From NCBI GenBank assembly GCA_037443365.1, contig JBBIOM010000007.1, forward strand, positions 19,303 through 83,302: a stretch of 64,000 bases of DNA, written 5' to 3'. The notes under the pieces were generated by a model that ran no database searches, was not told the origin of the DNA, and worked only from the letters and a program-made list of their open reading frames with translations. Origin of the DNA: Armatimonadota bacterium (GTDB lineage Bacteria > Sysuimicrobiota > Sysuimicrobiia > Sysuimicrobiales > Humicultoraceae). The position numbers were made by a program, and so were the translations under genes. How positions within the stretch are numbered: position 1 is the stretch's first letter; the number at the start of each line of letters is the position of its first letter. Below are positions 9,680-19,546 of this stretch, piece after piece.

Positions 9680-11632
9680 ATGGCAGAGGCCATCGCGGCG
9701 GCCGCGGCCGTCTTCCTGGATCCAGTTCGCCTGGGCCTCATGATGCTCGGGATCCTCGCGGGGATCTTCGTCGGCATACTCCCAGGGCTGGGCGGGATCG
9801 TGGCGGTGAGCATCATGCTGCCGTTCATCTACAAGCTGGACGCCGTGGCCGCGCTCGCGACCATGACCGGGGCGGTGGCGGTGGTGCACACCTCGGACAC
9901 CATCACCTCGGTGCTGCTGGGGGCACCCGGCTCGGCTGCCTCCACGCCCTCGGCGCTGGAAGGACACCCGCTGGCCAGGAAGGGACAGGCCGCGCGGGCC
10001 CTTTCGGCCGCGTACCTGGCATCGCTCATCGGGGGCATCATCGGCGCCGTCGGGCTCACGCTCTCGATCCCGATCGCGCGGCCGTTCGTCCTCGCCTTCG
10101 GGTCCCCTGAGCTCTTCATGCTGTGCGCGCTGGGCGTGTCCTTCGCTGGCGGCCTGCTCGGGAAGGTCCCGCTCAAGGGCATCGCCGCGGGCCTGTTTGG
10201 CCTGCTGCTGGGGACCGTGGGGCCCACGCCGGCGGTGGCCGAGTTGAGGTTCACCTTGGGCCAGATGTTCCTGGCCGACGGGTTCAACGTGGTCATCGTG
10301 GCGCTGGGCCTGTTCGGCATCGCGGAGATGATCTCCATCCTGTCCAGGGGCGGAGGCATCAGCCACAAGATAGATCTTGGCAGCGGATGGGCCGAGGGCG
10401 TGCGCGACGTGGTGCGGCACCGCTGGCTCGTGCTGCGCGGATCGCTCGTTGGAATGTGGGTCGGCGTCCTGCCGGCGTTGGGCGCCACGGCCGGCGCAAT
10501 GATGGCCTATGGGCAGGCCGTGGCCACCGCGAGGGACAAGGAGAACTTCGGGAAGGGCGACATTCGCGGGCTGATAGCCGCGGAGGCCTCCAACAACTCG
10601 GTCATGGCCGGCGACCTGATTCCCACGCTCCTGTTCAGCGTGCCTGGGAGCGCCACGGCCGCGCTGATGGTGGGCGCGCTGCTTCGCTACGGCATACTGC
10701 CGGGTCCCCGCTTCGTAACCGAGCACCTCGACCTGATGTACGTGATCGTGTGGTCGTTCGCGTTCTCCAGCGCCGTGGGAGCCGGGTTGTGCTTCCTGCT
10801 CAGCCCATCGCTCGCCAGGCTCACCCGCGTGCCGTTCTCCTACATCGCCCCGCCGGTGCTGCTGACGATGCTGCTCGGCGCCTACCAGGTCTCGAACGCT
10901 ATGGGCGAGATATGGTTGCTCCTCCTGCTGGGCCTCTTTGGGTGGGGCATGAAGCAGGCCGGCTGGCCCCGCGCCCCCCTGCTGATCGGATACGTGCTCG
11001 CGCTGCCCATGGAGCGGTACTTCTGGCTCACGCTCAACCTCTACGAGGGCTACACCTGGCTGCTGCGTCCATGGGTGGTGGCATTTGGCCTTGTGCTGGT
11101 GGCGCCGTTCGTGTGGGGCTTCGTCCTGCGGCGGCGGAAGCGCGAGGAGCAGGCGATCGAGCACCCCCGGTCCCCAGCGCGCTGGCAGGCGCCGTCGGCC
11201 GTGGGCGTGCTCTTCGTCATCCTGTTCGCGGCCGCGATTCTCGAGGCCGGCCGCTACCAGCCTGCGGCGCGCCTGCTGCCCTGGGCGGTCGCGATCCCGG
11301 GGCTCCTTGTGGCGGCCCTACAGGTGGCGGCGGAGTCGCGCGGGCGCTCTGGCGGCGCCGACGATGACGAGGAGGGCGATGAGGGCGCGCCTCCCGACCC
11401 GCTGGAGGCGCGGCGGCGTCCCAGGCGGGCCTTGATGCACCTGGGCGGGATCGTGGCCTGTGCCGCCCTGATCAGCGTGATGGGATTCCGCGCGGCCACG
11501 GCCCTGTACATGCTCGTCGCGCTCCTTGTGGCGGCCCGAATGACGCCGATCAAGGCGGCGCTGTACACGGCGATCACGATCGGCCTGTTGTGGTTCCTGG
11601 GCGATTCGGTCCTGGGGCTCAAGTGGCCGTAG
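9680..11632 (+). CDS. tctA: Tripartite tricarboxylate transporter permease TctA with a C-terminal TctB-like extension
   Basis: 650 aa. The first roughly 495 aa are a polytopic TctA-type permease (LPGLGGIVAVSIMLPF..., VLLGAPGSAASTPSALEGHPLARKGQAARAL). After a charged linker (RRRKREEQAIEH), about 150 aa carry four further hydrophobic segments, the size and shape of the small TctB subunit. Confidence 0.82.
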   Translation: MAEAIAAAAAVFLDPVRLGLMMLGILAGIFVGILPGLGGIVAVSIMLPFIYKLDAVAALATMTGAVAVVHTSDTITSVLLGAPGSAASTPSALEGHPLARKGQAARALSAAYLASLIGGIIGAVGLTLSIPIARPFVLAFGSPELFMLCALGVSFAGGLLGKVPLKGIAAGLFGLLLGTVGPTPAVAELRFTLGQMFLADGFNVVIVALGLFGIAEMISILSRGGGISHKIDLGSGWAEGVRDVVRHRWLVLRGSLVGMWVGVLPALGATAGAMMAYGQAVATARDKENFGKGDIRGLIAAEASNNSVMAGDLIPTLLFSVPGSATAALMVGALLRYGILPGPRFVTEHLDLMYVIVWSFAFSSAVGAGLCFLLSPSLARLTRVPFSYIAPPVLLTMLLGAYQVSNAMGEIWLLLLLGLFGWGMKQAGWPRAPLLIGYVLALPMERYFWLTLNLYEGYTWLLRPWVVAFGLVLVAPFVWGFVLRRRKREEQAIEHPRSPARWQAPSAVGVLFVILFAAAILEAGRYQPAARLLPWAVAIPGLLVAALQVAAESRGRSGGADDDEEGDEGAPPDPLEARRRPRRALMHLGGIVACAALISVMGFRAATALYMLVALLVAARMTPIKAALYTAITIGLLWFLGDSVLGLKWP

Positions 11633-11681
11633 TGAAGCGTGCCGCAGGAGTTAGGGAGCAGAAGCAGGGAGGAGGAGTCGC

Positions 11682-12872
11682 ATGCAGGCGCGCATTCCGG
11701 CGGTCATGATGCGCGGCGGCACCAGCCGGGGGCTGTTCTTCCGTCGTGAGGCCCTCCCGGGCCCGGGCGAGTTGAGGGACCGCGTGATCCTGCGGGCGTA
11801 CGGCAGCCCCGATCCCTACGCCAGGCAGATCGATGGAATGGGCGGCGCGACCTCGGTGACCAGCAAGGTCGTGATCGTGGGACCGTCCGATCACCCCGAC
11901 TGCGATGTGGACTACTTGTTTGGGCAGGTGGACATCCGGCGCCCGCTCGTGGACTACACCGGGAGTTGCGGAAACCTGGCCGCGGCCGTGGGACCGTTCG
12001 CCATCGAAGAAGGCCTCGTGGAATGCACGCATCCCCTCACCCGGGTGCGCATCTGGCAGGTCAACACCGGCAAGCGCATCATGGCTCACGTTCCGACTGA
12101 CGGGCGGTGCCCGGAGGTGGAGGGGGAGTTCGCCATTGACGGCGTTCCCTTTCCTGGGGCGATGATCCGTCTCGAGTTCCTGGAGCCCGGGGGTTCGTGC
12201 ACGAGCGGCTTCCTGCCCACCGGAGCCGCCTGTGACGAACTGGAGATTCCTGGCATGGGGCGGATCCAGGCAACCCTGGCAGATGCCGCTAATCCGGTTG
12301 TCTTTGTGCGCGCGGAAGATGTCGGGCTGCGCGGCGAGGAGTTGGGCGACGAGATCGATGGCAGTCCATCCGTCCTTCGCGCGCTCGAACTCATCCGTAG
12401 CCACGGAGCGGTCGCCATGGGCCTCGCCTCTTCCCCGCGCGAGGCCTCGGAACGCAGGCCCGGCACCCCCAAGGTTGCCTTCGTCTCGCCGCCGTCAGAC
12501 TACCGCACCTCGCGAGGAGAGCAGGTGGACGGCGGGGCAATCTCGCTCGTCGCCCGCATCATGACCATGGGCACGCTGCACCGGACCTACGCCATCACAG
12601 GCGCCATCGCCACGGCGGCGGCCGCGCTGGTGCCGGGAAGCGTGGTCAACCGAGTGGCGCGCACAGCCATCGGCGAGCCTGAGCAGGAGCTGCTGCTTGG
12701 GCATCCCAGCGGCGTGCTGCCCGTGGGCGCGCGCGTCACACGACGGGCCGAGGGCTGGGTTTGTGAGAAGGGCGTCGCTTTCCGGACGGCGCGACGCCTC
12801 ATGGAGGGTCACGTCTGTATCCCGGCCTCAACATACGCGGCGGACGCGCGCGTGCCCCAGCCCGGGGGCTAG
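11682..12872 (+). CDS. PrpF / 3-methylitaconate isomerase family protein
   Basis: The N-terminus MQARIPAVMMRGGTSRGLFFRREALP is diagnostic of the PrpF/Mii family. The protein is 396 aa. Confidence 0.85.
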   Translation: MQARIPAVMMRGGTSRGLFFRREALPGPGELRDRVILRAYGSPDPYARQIDGMGGATSVTSKVVIVGPSDHPDCDVDYLFGQVDIRRPLVDYTGSCGNLAAAVGPFAIEEGLVECTHPLTRVRIWQVNTGKRIMAHVPTDGRCPEVEGEFAIDGVPFPGAMIRLEFLEPGGSCTSGFLPTGAACDELEIPGMGRIQATLADAANPVVFVRAEDVGLRGEELGDEIDGSPSVLRALELIRSHGAVAMGLASSPREASERRPGTPKVAFVSPPSDYRTSRGEQVDGGAISLVARIMTMGTLHRTYAITGAIATAAAALVPGSVVNRVARTAIGEPEQELLLGHPSGVLPVGARVTRRAEGWVCEKGVAFRTARRLMEGHVCIPASTYAADARVPQPGG

Positions 12873-13705
12873 AAGAAGAACTCGTCGGTGCTCGCGCCGT
12901 CGTCGAAGACGAGGGTGCGTGCGATGCGCCCCTGGGGAACCACGAATACCAGCGAGCACGCCCCGGCATCTCCAGGCCGCACCAGCAGCGTCGAGCGGCA
13001 GGCGTCGGACAGCCGGAACGTGGATGGGTCGTAGGCGTAACCCTGGCCCTCGCGGTCCGTGAGCGCGAAGAAGTTGGGGTTGAGGGCCTTCGTCCCACGG
13101 CCCAGGTTCTTCAGCGTGATGGCTATCTGCGCCGAGCGCACAGGAGTACCGCTGTACTTGGGAGCGCGCGCGGTCAGCACGACGTCGCGGGCCGGGCGTT
13201 CATCCGCCAGCAGCGCCCGCACGAAGGCCTTGGGGTCGAAGACGCCGATCCGGATGATCGTGCCGCTTCCCACGCCCAGCACCAGCCCCATGGCGTCGTA
13301 CCAGAGGATCCGCTCATCGCCGCCTCCTGACGACGGCGGTCCGTACGCCGCTGTCGCGGTCGAAGCGGGTTGACCCACGCCCACTCCTCGCTCTGTACGG
13401 TACCGCTCGCCCGTCGTCAGCAGGATCACGACCTGGTCGTCACGCACGCCGACGGCGGTGCGCTGCCGGTCGTAGTAGAGGTACTGGACCGAGCCCGAGG
13501 CGTGCGTGCGGTCGGGTTGTCCCCATCCCGGCGTCTGGTGTATCGTCCGTGTGGGAACACCCAGGCGCAACGCCCCCAGCGACTGCCCCGGCACCACGAG
13601 CCAAGCGTCGGCCGGCGCCCCGGAGGTCAGCACAGGCGGTGTGGAGAGCACGCAGAGGCCAGCGGCAAGATGGAGTGCGATGATGACGCACAGCGCACGA
13701 TACAT
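12869..13705 (-). CDS. Secreted hypothetical protein (C-terminal DUF4352-like beta domain)
   Basis: It has a signal peptide (MYRALCVIIALHLAAGLCVLS). The C-terminal part reads AQIAITLKNLGRGTKALNPNFFALTDREGQGYAYDP, resembling Ig-like DUF4352 domains. Confidence 0.5.
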   Translation of the reverse strand: MYRALCVIIALHLAAGLCVLSTPPVLTSGAPADAWLVVPGQSLGALRLGVPTRTIHQTPGWGQPDRTHASGSVQYLYYDRQRTAVGVRDDQVVILLTTGERYRTERGVGVGQPASTATAAYGPPSSGGGDERILWYDAMGLVLGVGSGTIIRIGVFDPKAFVRALLADERPARDVVLTARAPKYSGTPVRSAQIAITLKNLGRGTKALNPNFFALTDREGQGYAYDPSTFRLSDACRSTLLVRPGDAGACSLVFVVPQGRIARTLVFDDGASTDEFFF

Positions 13706-13798
13706 GTCAGCATCTAGTTCGCCACGGCCTTGCCTTGACCCCCTTTTGGGGCGGTGCTACCGTGGCGGTAGCGTGTGCGAGCAAGAGGGAGGAGCAGG

Positions 13799-14845
13799 GT
13801 GACGAAGCCGCTGGAGTTGTTCCAACAGGCCTCCGCGACGATGCGTAAGGTGCTCTACGAGATCAAGCGCGTGATCGTGGGGCAGGACCTGATGCTGGAG
13901 CGTCTGCTGGTGGCGCTCCTTGCGCGGGGGCACGTCCTCCTCGAGGGCGTTCCCGGCCTGGCCAAGACCCTGGCCATCAAGAGCGCGGCCCGGGCGATCG
14001 ACTGCGAGTTCAAGCGCATCCAGTTCACGCCGGACCTGGTTCCGGCCGATCTGGTCGGAACCCGCATATACAACCGCCAGACCGGCGCGTTCGACGTGGA
14101 ACTGGGTCCTGTCTTCGCCAACTTCGTCCTGGCGGACGAGATCAACCGCGCTCCGGCCAAGGTTCAGTCGGCGCTGCTCGAGGCGATGCAGGAGAGGCAG
14201 GTGACGATCGGCAAGCAGACCTTCCCCCTGCCGTCTCCCTTCCTCGTGATGGCCACGCAGAACCCCATCGAGAGCGAGGGGACCTACCCGCTGCCCGAGG
14301 CGCAGGTGGACCGCTTCATGTTCAAGGTGGTCATAACCTATCCCAGCCGGCACGAGGAGGTCACGATCGTCGAGCGCATGAGCGCCGCCCCTCCCGAGGT
14401 GGCTCCTGCGATCAGCGCTGCGGAGCTGCTCGAGCTGCAGGCCATCACCGACGCGGTGTACGTGGACGCGCGGATCCGCGAGTACTCGGTGACGCTGGCC
14501 GCCGCGACCCGCCGTCCGGACGAGGTGGGGCTGGACCGGCTGGGCCGCTACATCGCCTACGGAGCCAGCCCGCGCGCGTCGCTCAACATGGTGCTCGGAG
14601 CCCGCGCCCTGGCGCTGCTGCGGGGGCGGGAGTACGTGATGCCCGAGGACATAAGGGACATAGCGCCCGAGGTGCTGCGCCACCGCCTAGTACTCTCGTA
14701 CGAGGCCCTGGCCGACGCGGTCGGGCCCGATGCGCTAGTGGAGCAGGTGATCGCGGCCGTGCCGGCACCGCGCCTGGCGTTGGGCGATCCGCACGAATCA
14801 CAGCGCGTCGGGGCCTCCGGGGGCGACATCGCCCGGGGAGAGTAG
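13799..14845 (+). CDS. MoxR-family AAA+ ATPase
   Basis: It contains VIVGQDLMLERLLVALLARGHVLLEGVPGLAKT (Walker A) and LADEINRAPAKVQSALLEAMQE. I preferred GTG 13799 because GGGAGGAG lies upstream; the listed ORF starts at 13775. Confidence 0.9.
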   Translation: MTKPLELFQQASATMRKVLYEIKRVIVGQDLMLERLLVALLARGHVLLEGVPGLAKTLAIKSAARAIDCEFKRIQFTPDLVPADLVGTRIYNRQTGAFDVELGPVFANFVLADEINRAPAKVQSALLEAMQERQVTIGKQTFPLPSPFLVMATQNPIESEGTYPLPEAQVDRFMFKVVITYPSRHEEVTIVERMSAAPPEVAPAISAAELLELQAITDAVYVDARIREYSVTLAAATRRPDEVGLDRLGRYIAYGASPRASLNMVLGARALALLRGREYVMPEDIRDIAPEVLRHRLVLSYEALADAVGPDALVEQVIAAVPAPRLALGDPHESQRVGASGGDIARGE

Positions 14846-14851
14846 CCGGCC

Positions 14852-15799
14852 GTGCCGGCCGCCGTGTTGCCCGAGACGCCCGAGCAGCTGCTGCGGCGGC
14901 TGGAGTTTGCGGTCGTGCGCCGCCTGGACGGCTTCCTGTTCGGGGACTACCGCGGGGTCTTCTACGGGCCCAGCCTCGATCTGGCCGAGGTGCGGGAATA
15001 CCAGCCGGGTGACGAGATCCGTCGAATAGACTGGAACGTGACGGCGCGCATGCGCCGCCTCTTCGTCAGGCAGTACCACGAGGAGCGCGAACTCACCGCC
15101 TGGCTCCTGGTGGACGCCTCGCCTTCCATGGGCTTTGGCACGCGGCGGCTCCTCAAGCGCGAGATGGCGGTCGAGTTCGCGGGGACCGCCGCCTACATCG
15201 TCGCCCGCCACGGCGACAAGATAGGCGCGATCGCGTTTCCGGGCCGGGGCCTGCCGCTGGTCCCGCCCCGCGCGGGCCGGCGCCACGCCCTGCGCATCCT
15301 GCACTCCCTGATGCAGGCCGGATCCCCAGGCCCAGAGACGCCTGGCGTGCCCGGGACGGCCAGTCCACAGGGGATGACCGATCTCGCTGGCGCGCTTCGC
15401 GCCGCGTCCGGGATGCTGCGCCGCCGCTGCCTTGTCTTCATCGTATCGGACTTCATCGCGTCCGACGGATGGGAGAGGCCGCTGTGCGAGCTTGGACGCC
15501 GTCACGATGTGATCGCGGCCTGGATCCGCGATCCGGCTGAGGAAGCCCTGCCCGATGTGGGCGTGATCCCGGTAAGCGATCCCGAGACCGGGGAGCACAT
15601 CTGGATCGACACATCCGACGCGCGCGTGCGTTCTGCCCATCAGGCGCTCGTCAGCGAGCGCCGGGCGAGCGTGACAGGGGCGTTCCGGCGCGCGCGTGTG
15701 GACCACCTGGTGCTCTCCACGGCCGAGACGCTTGTGGGTCCCCTGGTGGATTTCGTGCTGCGGAGGCGCAGGCGCCTGTGGATTTCACCTGGCCGCTGA
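14852..15799 (+). CDS. DUF58 domain protein (MoxR-associated)
   Basis: It contains GDYRGVFYGPSLDLAEVREYQPGDEIRRIDWNVTAR, which is the DUF58 signature, and it follows moxR. Confidence 0.85.
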   Translation: MPAAVLPETPEQLLRRLEFAVVRRLDGFLFGDYRGVFYGPSLDLAEVREYQPGDEIRRIDWNVTARMRRLFVRQYHEERELTAWLLVDASPSMGFGTRRLLKREMAVEFAGTAAYIVARHGDKIGAIAFPGRGLPLVPPRAGRRHALRILHSLMQAGSPGPETPGVPGTASPQGMTDLAGALRAASGMLRRRCLVFIVSDFIASDGWERPLCELGRRHDVIAAWIRDPAEEALPDVGVIPVSDPETGEHIWIDTSDARVRSAHQALVSERRASVTGAFRRARVDHLVLSTAETLVGPLVDFVLRRRRRLWISPGR

Positions 15800-16710
15800 T
15801 GCTCTGGACGCTGGCCCTGGCCCCGCTCCTCTGGTGGGGGTACCGCGCCCTCATCCGGCGCCAGCGGCGGGCAGCCGAGCAGTTTGCCGAGCCGCGACTG
15901 TTCGGGATGGTGGTATCGCGCCCGCCGGGATGGCAGAGATCCCTTCCTGCCGCGTGCCAGTTGGCCGCCCTGCTCCTGCTGGCGGCGGGCATGGCGCGCC
16001 CTGTCACCGCGCTGCCCCACCGGGTGAACCGCGCGGCCGTCGTCATCGCGATTGACACGAGCAAGAGCATGATCGCGACAGACGCGCAGCCGACGCGCCT
16101 GGAAGCCGCGCGCAGGGCGGCGCTCCTGCTGGCGGACCTGGTGCCCCGAACGACCGCGCTCGGGCTCGTGTCGTTCAGCGAGTACGGCACGGTCCTGCTT
16201 CCGCCCGGGACCGACAGGCGCGCGCTGGCCGATGCGATCGAGCGTCTCCGGCCGCAATCGGCCACCTCCATCGGCGGCGGCATCACGGAGGCGGTGCGCG
16301 TGCTCGCTGCGCGCGCGGGTTCTCCTGGTTCCATCGTGATCGTCTCGGATGGTGTGAGCAACTTCGGGCCGGACCCGGACCAGGCCGCAGCCCGTGCGCG
16401 GGACGAGGGCGTGCGGATCTTCGCGGTGGGCGTGGGCAGGCCGGGCGGGACCGTCATGCGGGTCGAGGGCCAGCTCGTGCTCGTGCCCGCCGACAGGGCC
16501 GGGCTTGCGCGCATAGCCCAGATCACCGGCGGGCAGTTCTTTTCGGCGGCCGGCGAGGAGGAGCTGCGGGCGATTGCGCGCATGCTCAACCGCGACATGG
16601 GTTGGGAGTTCTCCCGCCAGGAGGCGACGTTTCTCCTCGTTGGGGCGGCCGGACTCCTCATGCTGGTCGGCGGCGGGTTCTCGCTGCGATGGTTCGGACG
16701 CCTCCCGTGA
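15778..16710 (+). CDS. VWA domain protein (BatA-like)
   Basis: It has an N-terminal TM segment (MDFTWPLMLWTLALAPLLW), a VWA MIDAS motif (VVIAIDTSKSM) and a C-terminal TM segment. Confidence 0.85.
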   Translation: MDFTWPLMLWTLALAPLLWWGYRALIRRQRRAAEQFAEPRLFGMVVSRPPGWQRSLPAACQLAALLLLAAGMARPVTALPHRVNRAAVVIAIDTSKSMIATDAQPTRLEAARRAALLLADLVPRTTALGLVSFSEYGTVLLPPGTDRRALADAIERLRPQSATSIGGGITEAVRVLAARAGSPGSIVIVSDGVSNFGPDPDQAAARARDEGVRIFAVGVGRPGGTVMRVEGQLVLVPADRAGLARIAQITGGQFFSAAGEEELRAIARMLNRDMGWEFSRQEATFLLVGAAGLLMLVGGGFSLRWFGRLP

Positions 16711-16744
16711 TGCTGCGCCCGCCTTCTGGGGGCGTTTCCGGGCC

Positions 16745-17722
16745 ATGACCTTCGAGTGGCCGTTCGTGCTGTGGGCACTGGCGGCGCTGCCGCTGCTGGC
16801 GTGGGCGTACGGCAGGTCGCAGCGGAGGCGCCCGCGCGCGGTCGTGGTCGTCCCAGACGTGGGGATGCTGGCGCGGGCAGGGGGAGGCCGCCGCAGTTGG
16901 CGCAGGTGGACGCCCCCGACCCTCTACCTGCTCGGACTCGCGGCGATTGTGATCGGGCTGGCGCGACCCTCTGCGCCGCTGCCGGCGCCCGCGCGCGAGG
17001 GGGTGGTGGTGCTCTCCATTGATGTGAGCCGGAGCATGCTGGCCGATGATCTGCGGCCCAGCCGGCTAGCCGGCGCGAGGACCGCGGCGGCGGAGTTCGT
17101 CCGGGCGCTGCCCGACGGCTTCCGCGTGGGCCTGGTCACCTTCAGCAGCTACGCCACGACGGTCGTGCCGCCGACCACCGACCGGGCCCGCGTGCAAGAC
17201 GCGATCAGCCTGCTCACCACGGAGTATGCCACCGCGATAGGCGAAGGCCTGCTCGAAGCGGTCTGGGCGCTGCCCGGCCGCGTCCGCCCGCCGCTGGGAA
17301 GCACGGCGATGCCGGAGCCGGCCGGCCGGCTTCCCCCAGGGGTCGTGGTGCTGCTTTCGGACGGTCAGAGCAACCGGGGGACTCACCCGCTGGAGGCCGC
17401 GCGCATCGCGCGCGATCTCGGCGTGAGGGTTTACACCGTGGGGCTTGGCACGCCTGAGGGCACGGTTCTCAATGTCGCCGGGCGCAGCATCCTTGTGCGC
17501 CTGGACGAGCAGACCCTGCGGGAGATGTCCGAGATCGCCGGCGGCGCGTACTACCGGACCACGAACCTGCGCGAGTTGCGCCGGGCGTACAGGGACCTGG
17601 GCCGGGAGATCGGGTGGGAGCGCCGTCCCACCGAGGTGACCGCGCTAGCCGGCGGTGCGGCGCTGGTGTGCCTGCTGGCCGCGGTGGTGTCTTCGCGCCT
17701 CGCAGTGCACCGGATTCCATAG
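16745..17722 (+). CDS. VWA domain protein (BatB-like)
   Basis: It begins MTFEWPFVLWALAALPLLAW, has a MIDAS motif (VVLSIDVSRSM) and a C-terminal TM segment. I chose ATG 16745 within ORF 16574..17722. Confidence 0.85.
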   Translation: MTFEWPFVLWALAALPLLAWAYGRSQRRRPRAVVVVPDVGMLARAGGGRRSWRRWTPPTLYLLGLAAIVIGLARPSAPLPAPAREGVVVLSIDVSRSMLADDLRPSRLAGARTAAAEFVRALPDGFRVGLVTFSSYATTVVPPTTDRARVQDAISLLTTEYATAIGEGLLEAVWALPGRVRPPLGSTAMPEPAGRLPPGVVVLLSDGQSNRGTHPLEAARIARDLGVRVYTVGLGTPEGTVLNVAGRSILVRLDEQTLREMSEIAGGAYYRTTNLRELRRAYRDLGREIGWERRPTEVTALAGGAALVCLLAAVVSSRLAVHRIP

Positions 17723-17776
17723 GGAGCCGGGCGAAGGGCGAGGCGTGACATCTGTGCTATACTCGTGCCTGGCCGC

Positions 17777-17852
17777 GCGCCTGTAGCTCAGCGGATAGAG
17801 CGGCTGCCTTCTAAGCAGCGGGCCGGGGGTTCGAGTCCCTCCAGGCGCGCCA
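17777..17852 (+). tRNA. tRNA-Arg (anticodon TCT)
   Basis: A 76-nt cloverleaf: acceptor GCGCCTG/CAGGCGC, D arm GCTC-AGCGGATA-GAGC, anticodon stem GCTGC/GCAGC with loop CTTCTAA, T arm GGGGG-TTCGAGT-CCCTC and an encoded CCA. A TGcTATACT extended -10-like element lies at 17755-17763. Confidence 0.92.
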
Positions 17853-17868
17853 GTTCGTCCCCGGGGGC

Positions 17869-18282
17869 CTAACGGCAGGCGATCTCCGCAGCCCGGAACT
17901 TCCACTCGTATGTAACCGGCTCAGCCTTCGACGGAAAGGTGAATGACACCCTGTGCCAGCCCACAGCCAGCGGGGCCCTGGGCTGGTAGGCAAGGGTGGC
18001 CAGGCTCTGGGGCAAGTCCTTCGTGCCGCTCGCCTGGGCACTCGCCGTGACGTCCCTGCCATCGAGTCTCAGCGTCACCACCGTGACGTCGAGACTGCCA
18101 TACCGCCGCATGGCATCGGTCAGGCGCAGGTGTACGCCTATCACGGGCGTGCGACAGACCGTGCTAGTAGGCCGCGGCAAGACCCCTGAGATCTCGGGCG
18201 GCAACGCATCCGGCGTTCCGTTCGCCAGTGCTGCCGCCGCCGCAGCCAACACCAAGCATGCGATTGCCCCGAGCGACCTCAC
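17869..18282 (-). CDS. Small secreted hypothetical protein
   Basis: 137 aa with a signal peptide (MRSLGAIACLVLAAAAAALA). I recognise no family. It lies antisense to the run-on 5' part of ORF 17996..19528. Confidence 0.5.
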   Translation of the reverse strand: MRSLGAIACLVLAAAAAALANGTPDALPPEISGVLPRPTSTVCRTPVIGVHLRLTDAMRRYGSLDVTVVTLRLDGRDVTASAQASGTKDLPQSLATLAYQPRAPLAVGWHRVSFTFPSKAEPVTYEWKFRAAEIACR

Positions 18283-18439
18283 TCCACACCTCTTGAGTCA
18301 GGATGAGACACCTTGCTTGCTTCTCGCAGCACCACACGTGTTCCTACTGAATGGGCGCCCGACGACACGAAGCAGGACTGGAGCAGAGCCGCGGCAAAAG
18401 CCCCATGCAAACCTGGCCGATCAGCGCCGGAAGGGATGC

Positions 18440-19528
18440 CGCGGCGTGCATGACGCAACCGGGACGTACCCACTGATCTTCGACGGTCACAACGACACGG
18501 TCCTGAGCCTGCAGGACACCGGCCGATCGTTCTTCGAGCGGTCTGATGCAGGACACGTGGACCTGCCCCGCGCGATGGAGGGCGGGCTGGGCGGCGGGTT
18601 CTTCGCCATCTACATCCGTGATCCGGCCGTATCGGACAAGACCCAGGAGGACCCCTCGCGGGCCGACAGCTCGATGCGCCTGTACACGGACGAGAGCACG
18701 TGGCCCGCTCCGATGTCGCTCGAGTACGCGCAGGCCACCGCGCTGGACATGCTGGGACGGCTGCTGGCGATCGAGCGGGCCTCCGACGGGAAGGCAAGGG
18801 TCGTGCGCAGCGCGGCCGAGCTGCAGCGGTGTCTCGCCACGGGCGTCTTCGCCATGCTGCTGCACTTCGAGGGAGCCGAGCCGCTCGATCCTGAAGGCCG
18901 CGCGCTCGAGGTGTTCTACGCCGCGGGGCTGCGCTCGGTTGGGATAACGCACAGCCGCCGCAACCGCTTCGCGCAGGGCGTGCCGTTCAAGTTCCCTCAC
19001 TCGCCCGATACCGGTCCCGGGCTCACCGACGCCGGAAGGGAACTGGTGCGGCAGCTCAACCGCCGCAGGGTTGTGATCGATCTGTCGCACATCACCGAGC
19101 AGGGCTTCTGGGATGTGGCGGGGCTGACCGATGCCCCGCTGGTCGCCACGCACTCCAACGCCTTTGCGCTGACGCCATCCCCGCGCAACCTCACGGATCG
19201 GCAACTCGACGCGATCCGCGATAGCCGGGGGGTAGTGGGACTGAACTTCCACGTGGGCTTCCTGCGCGATGACGGCGCGCGGGACGCCAATACGCCGGTC
19301 GCGCGCATGGTCGAGCACATTGACTACATGGTCGAGCGGATGGGGATTGACTGCGTGGCCCTGGGCTCGGACCTGGACGGAGCGGTCATGCCCGCCGAGC
19401 TGAAGGACGCCGCCGGTCTGCCCGGTCTCATGCGTGCGCTCGCGGACCGCGGGTATGCGGGAGATGACCTGCGCAAGGTCGCCCATCAGAACTGGGTCAG
19501 GGTCTTGCGTGAGACCTGGGGTGATTAG
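18440..19528 (+). CDS. Membrane dipeptidase (peptidase family M19)
   Basis: It begins MHDATGTYPLIFDGHNDTVLSL (HxD zinc motif), with ...VIDLSHITEQGFWDV...PLVATHSNA...GLNFH... and GSDLDG. I chose ATG 18440 within the longer ORF. Confidence 0.88.
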   Translation, partial: RGVHDATGTYPLIFDGHNDTVLSLQDTGRSFFERSDAGHVDLPRAMEGGLGGGFFAIYIRDPAVSDKTQEDPSRADSSMRLYTDESTWPAPMSLEYAQATALDMLGRLLAIERASDGKARVVRSAAELQRCLATGVFAMLLHFEGAEPLDPEGRALEVFYAAGLRSVGITHSRRNRFAQGVPFKFPHSPDTGPGLTDAGRELVRQLNRRRVVIDLSHITEQGFWDVAGLTDAPLVATHSNAFALTPSPRNLTDRQLDAIRDSRGVVGLNFHVGFLRDDGARDANTPVARMVEHIDYMVERMGIDCVALGSDLDGAVMPAELKDAAGLPGLMRALADRGYAGDDLRKVAHQNWVRVLRETWGD

Positions 19529-19546
19529 GCGCGCCGTCTCTCGCCC

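Noticed and set aside
18385-18425. GCGGCAAAAGCCCCATGCAAACCTGGCC upstream of the M19 dipeptidase, which contains GEMM-like words.
   Set aside because: The order of the two cores is wrong, there is no intervening GNRA hairpin, and there is no 3' GGGYTGCC element.
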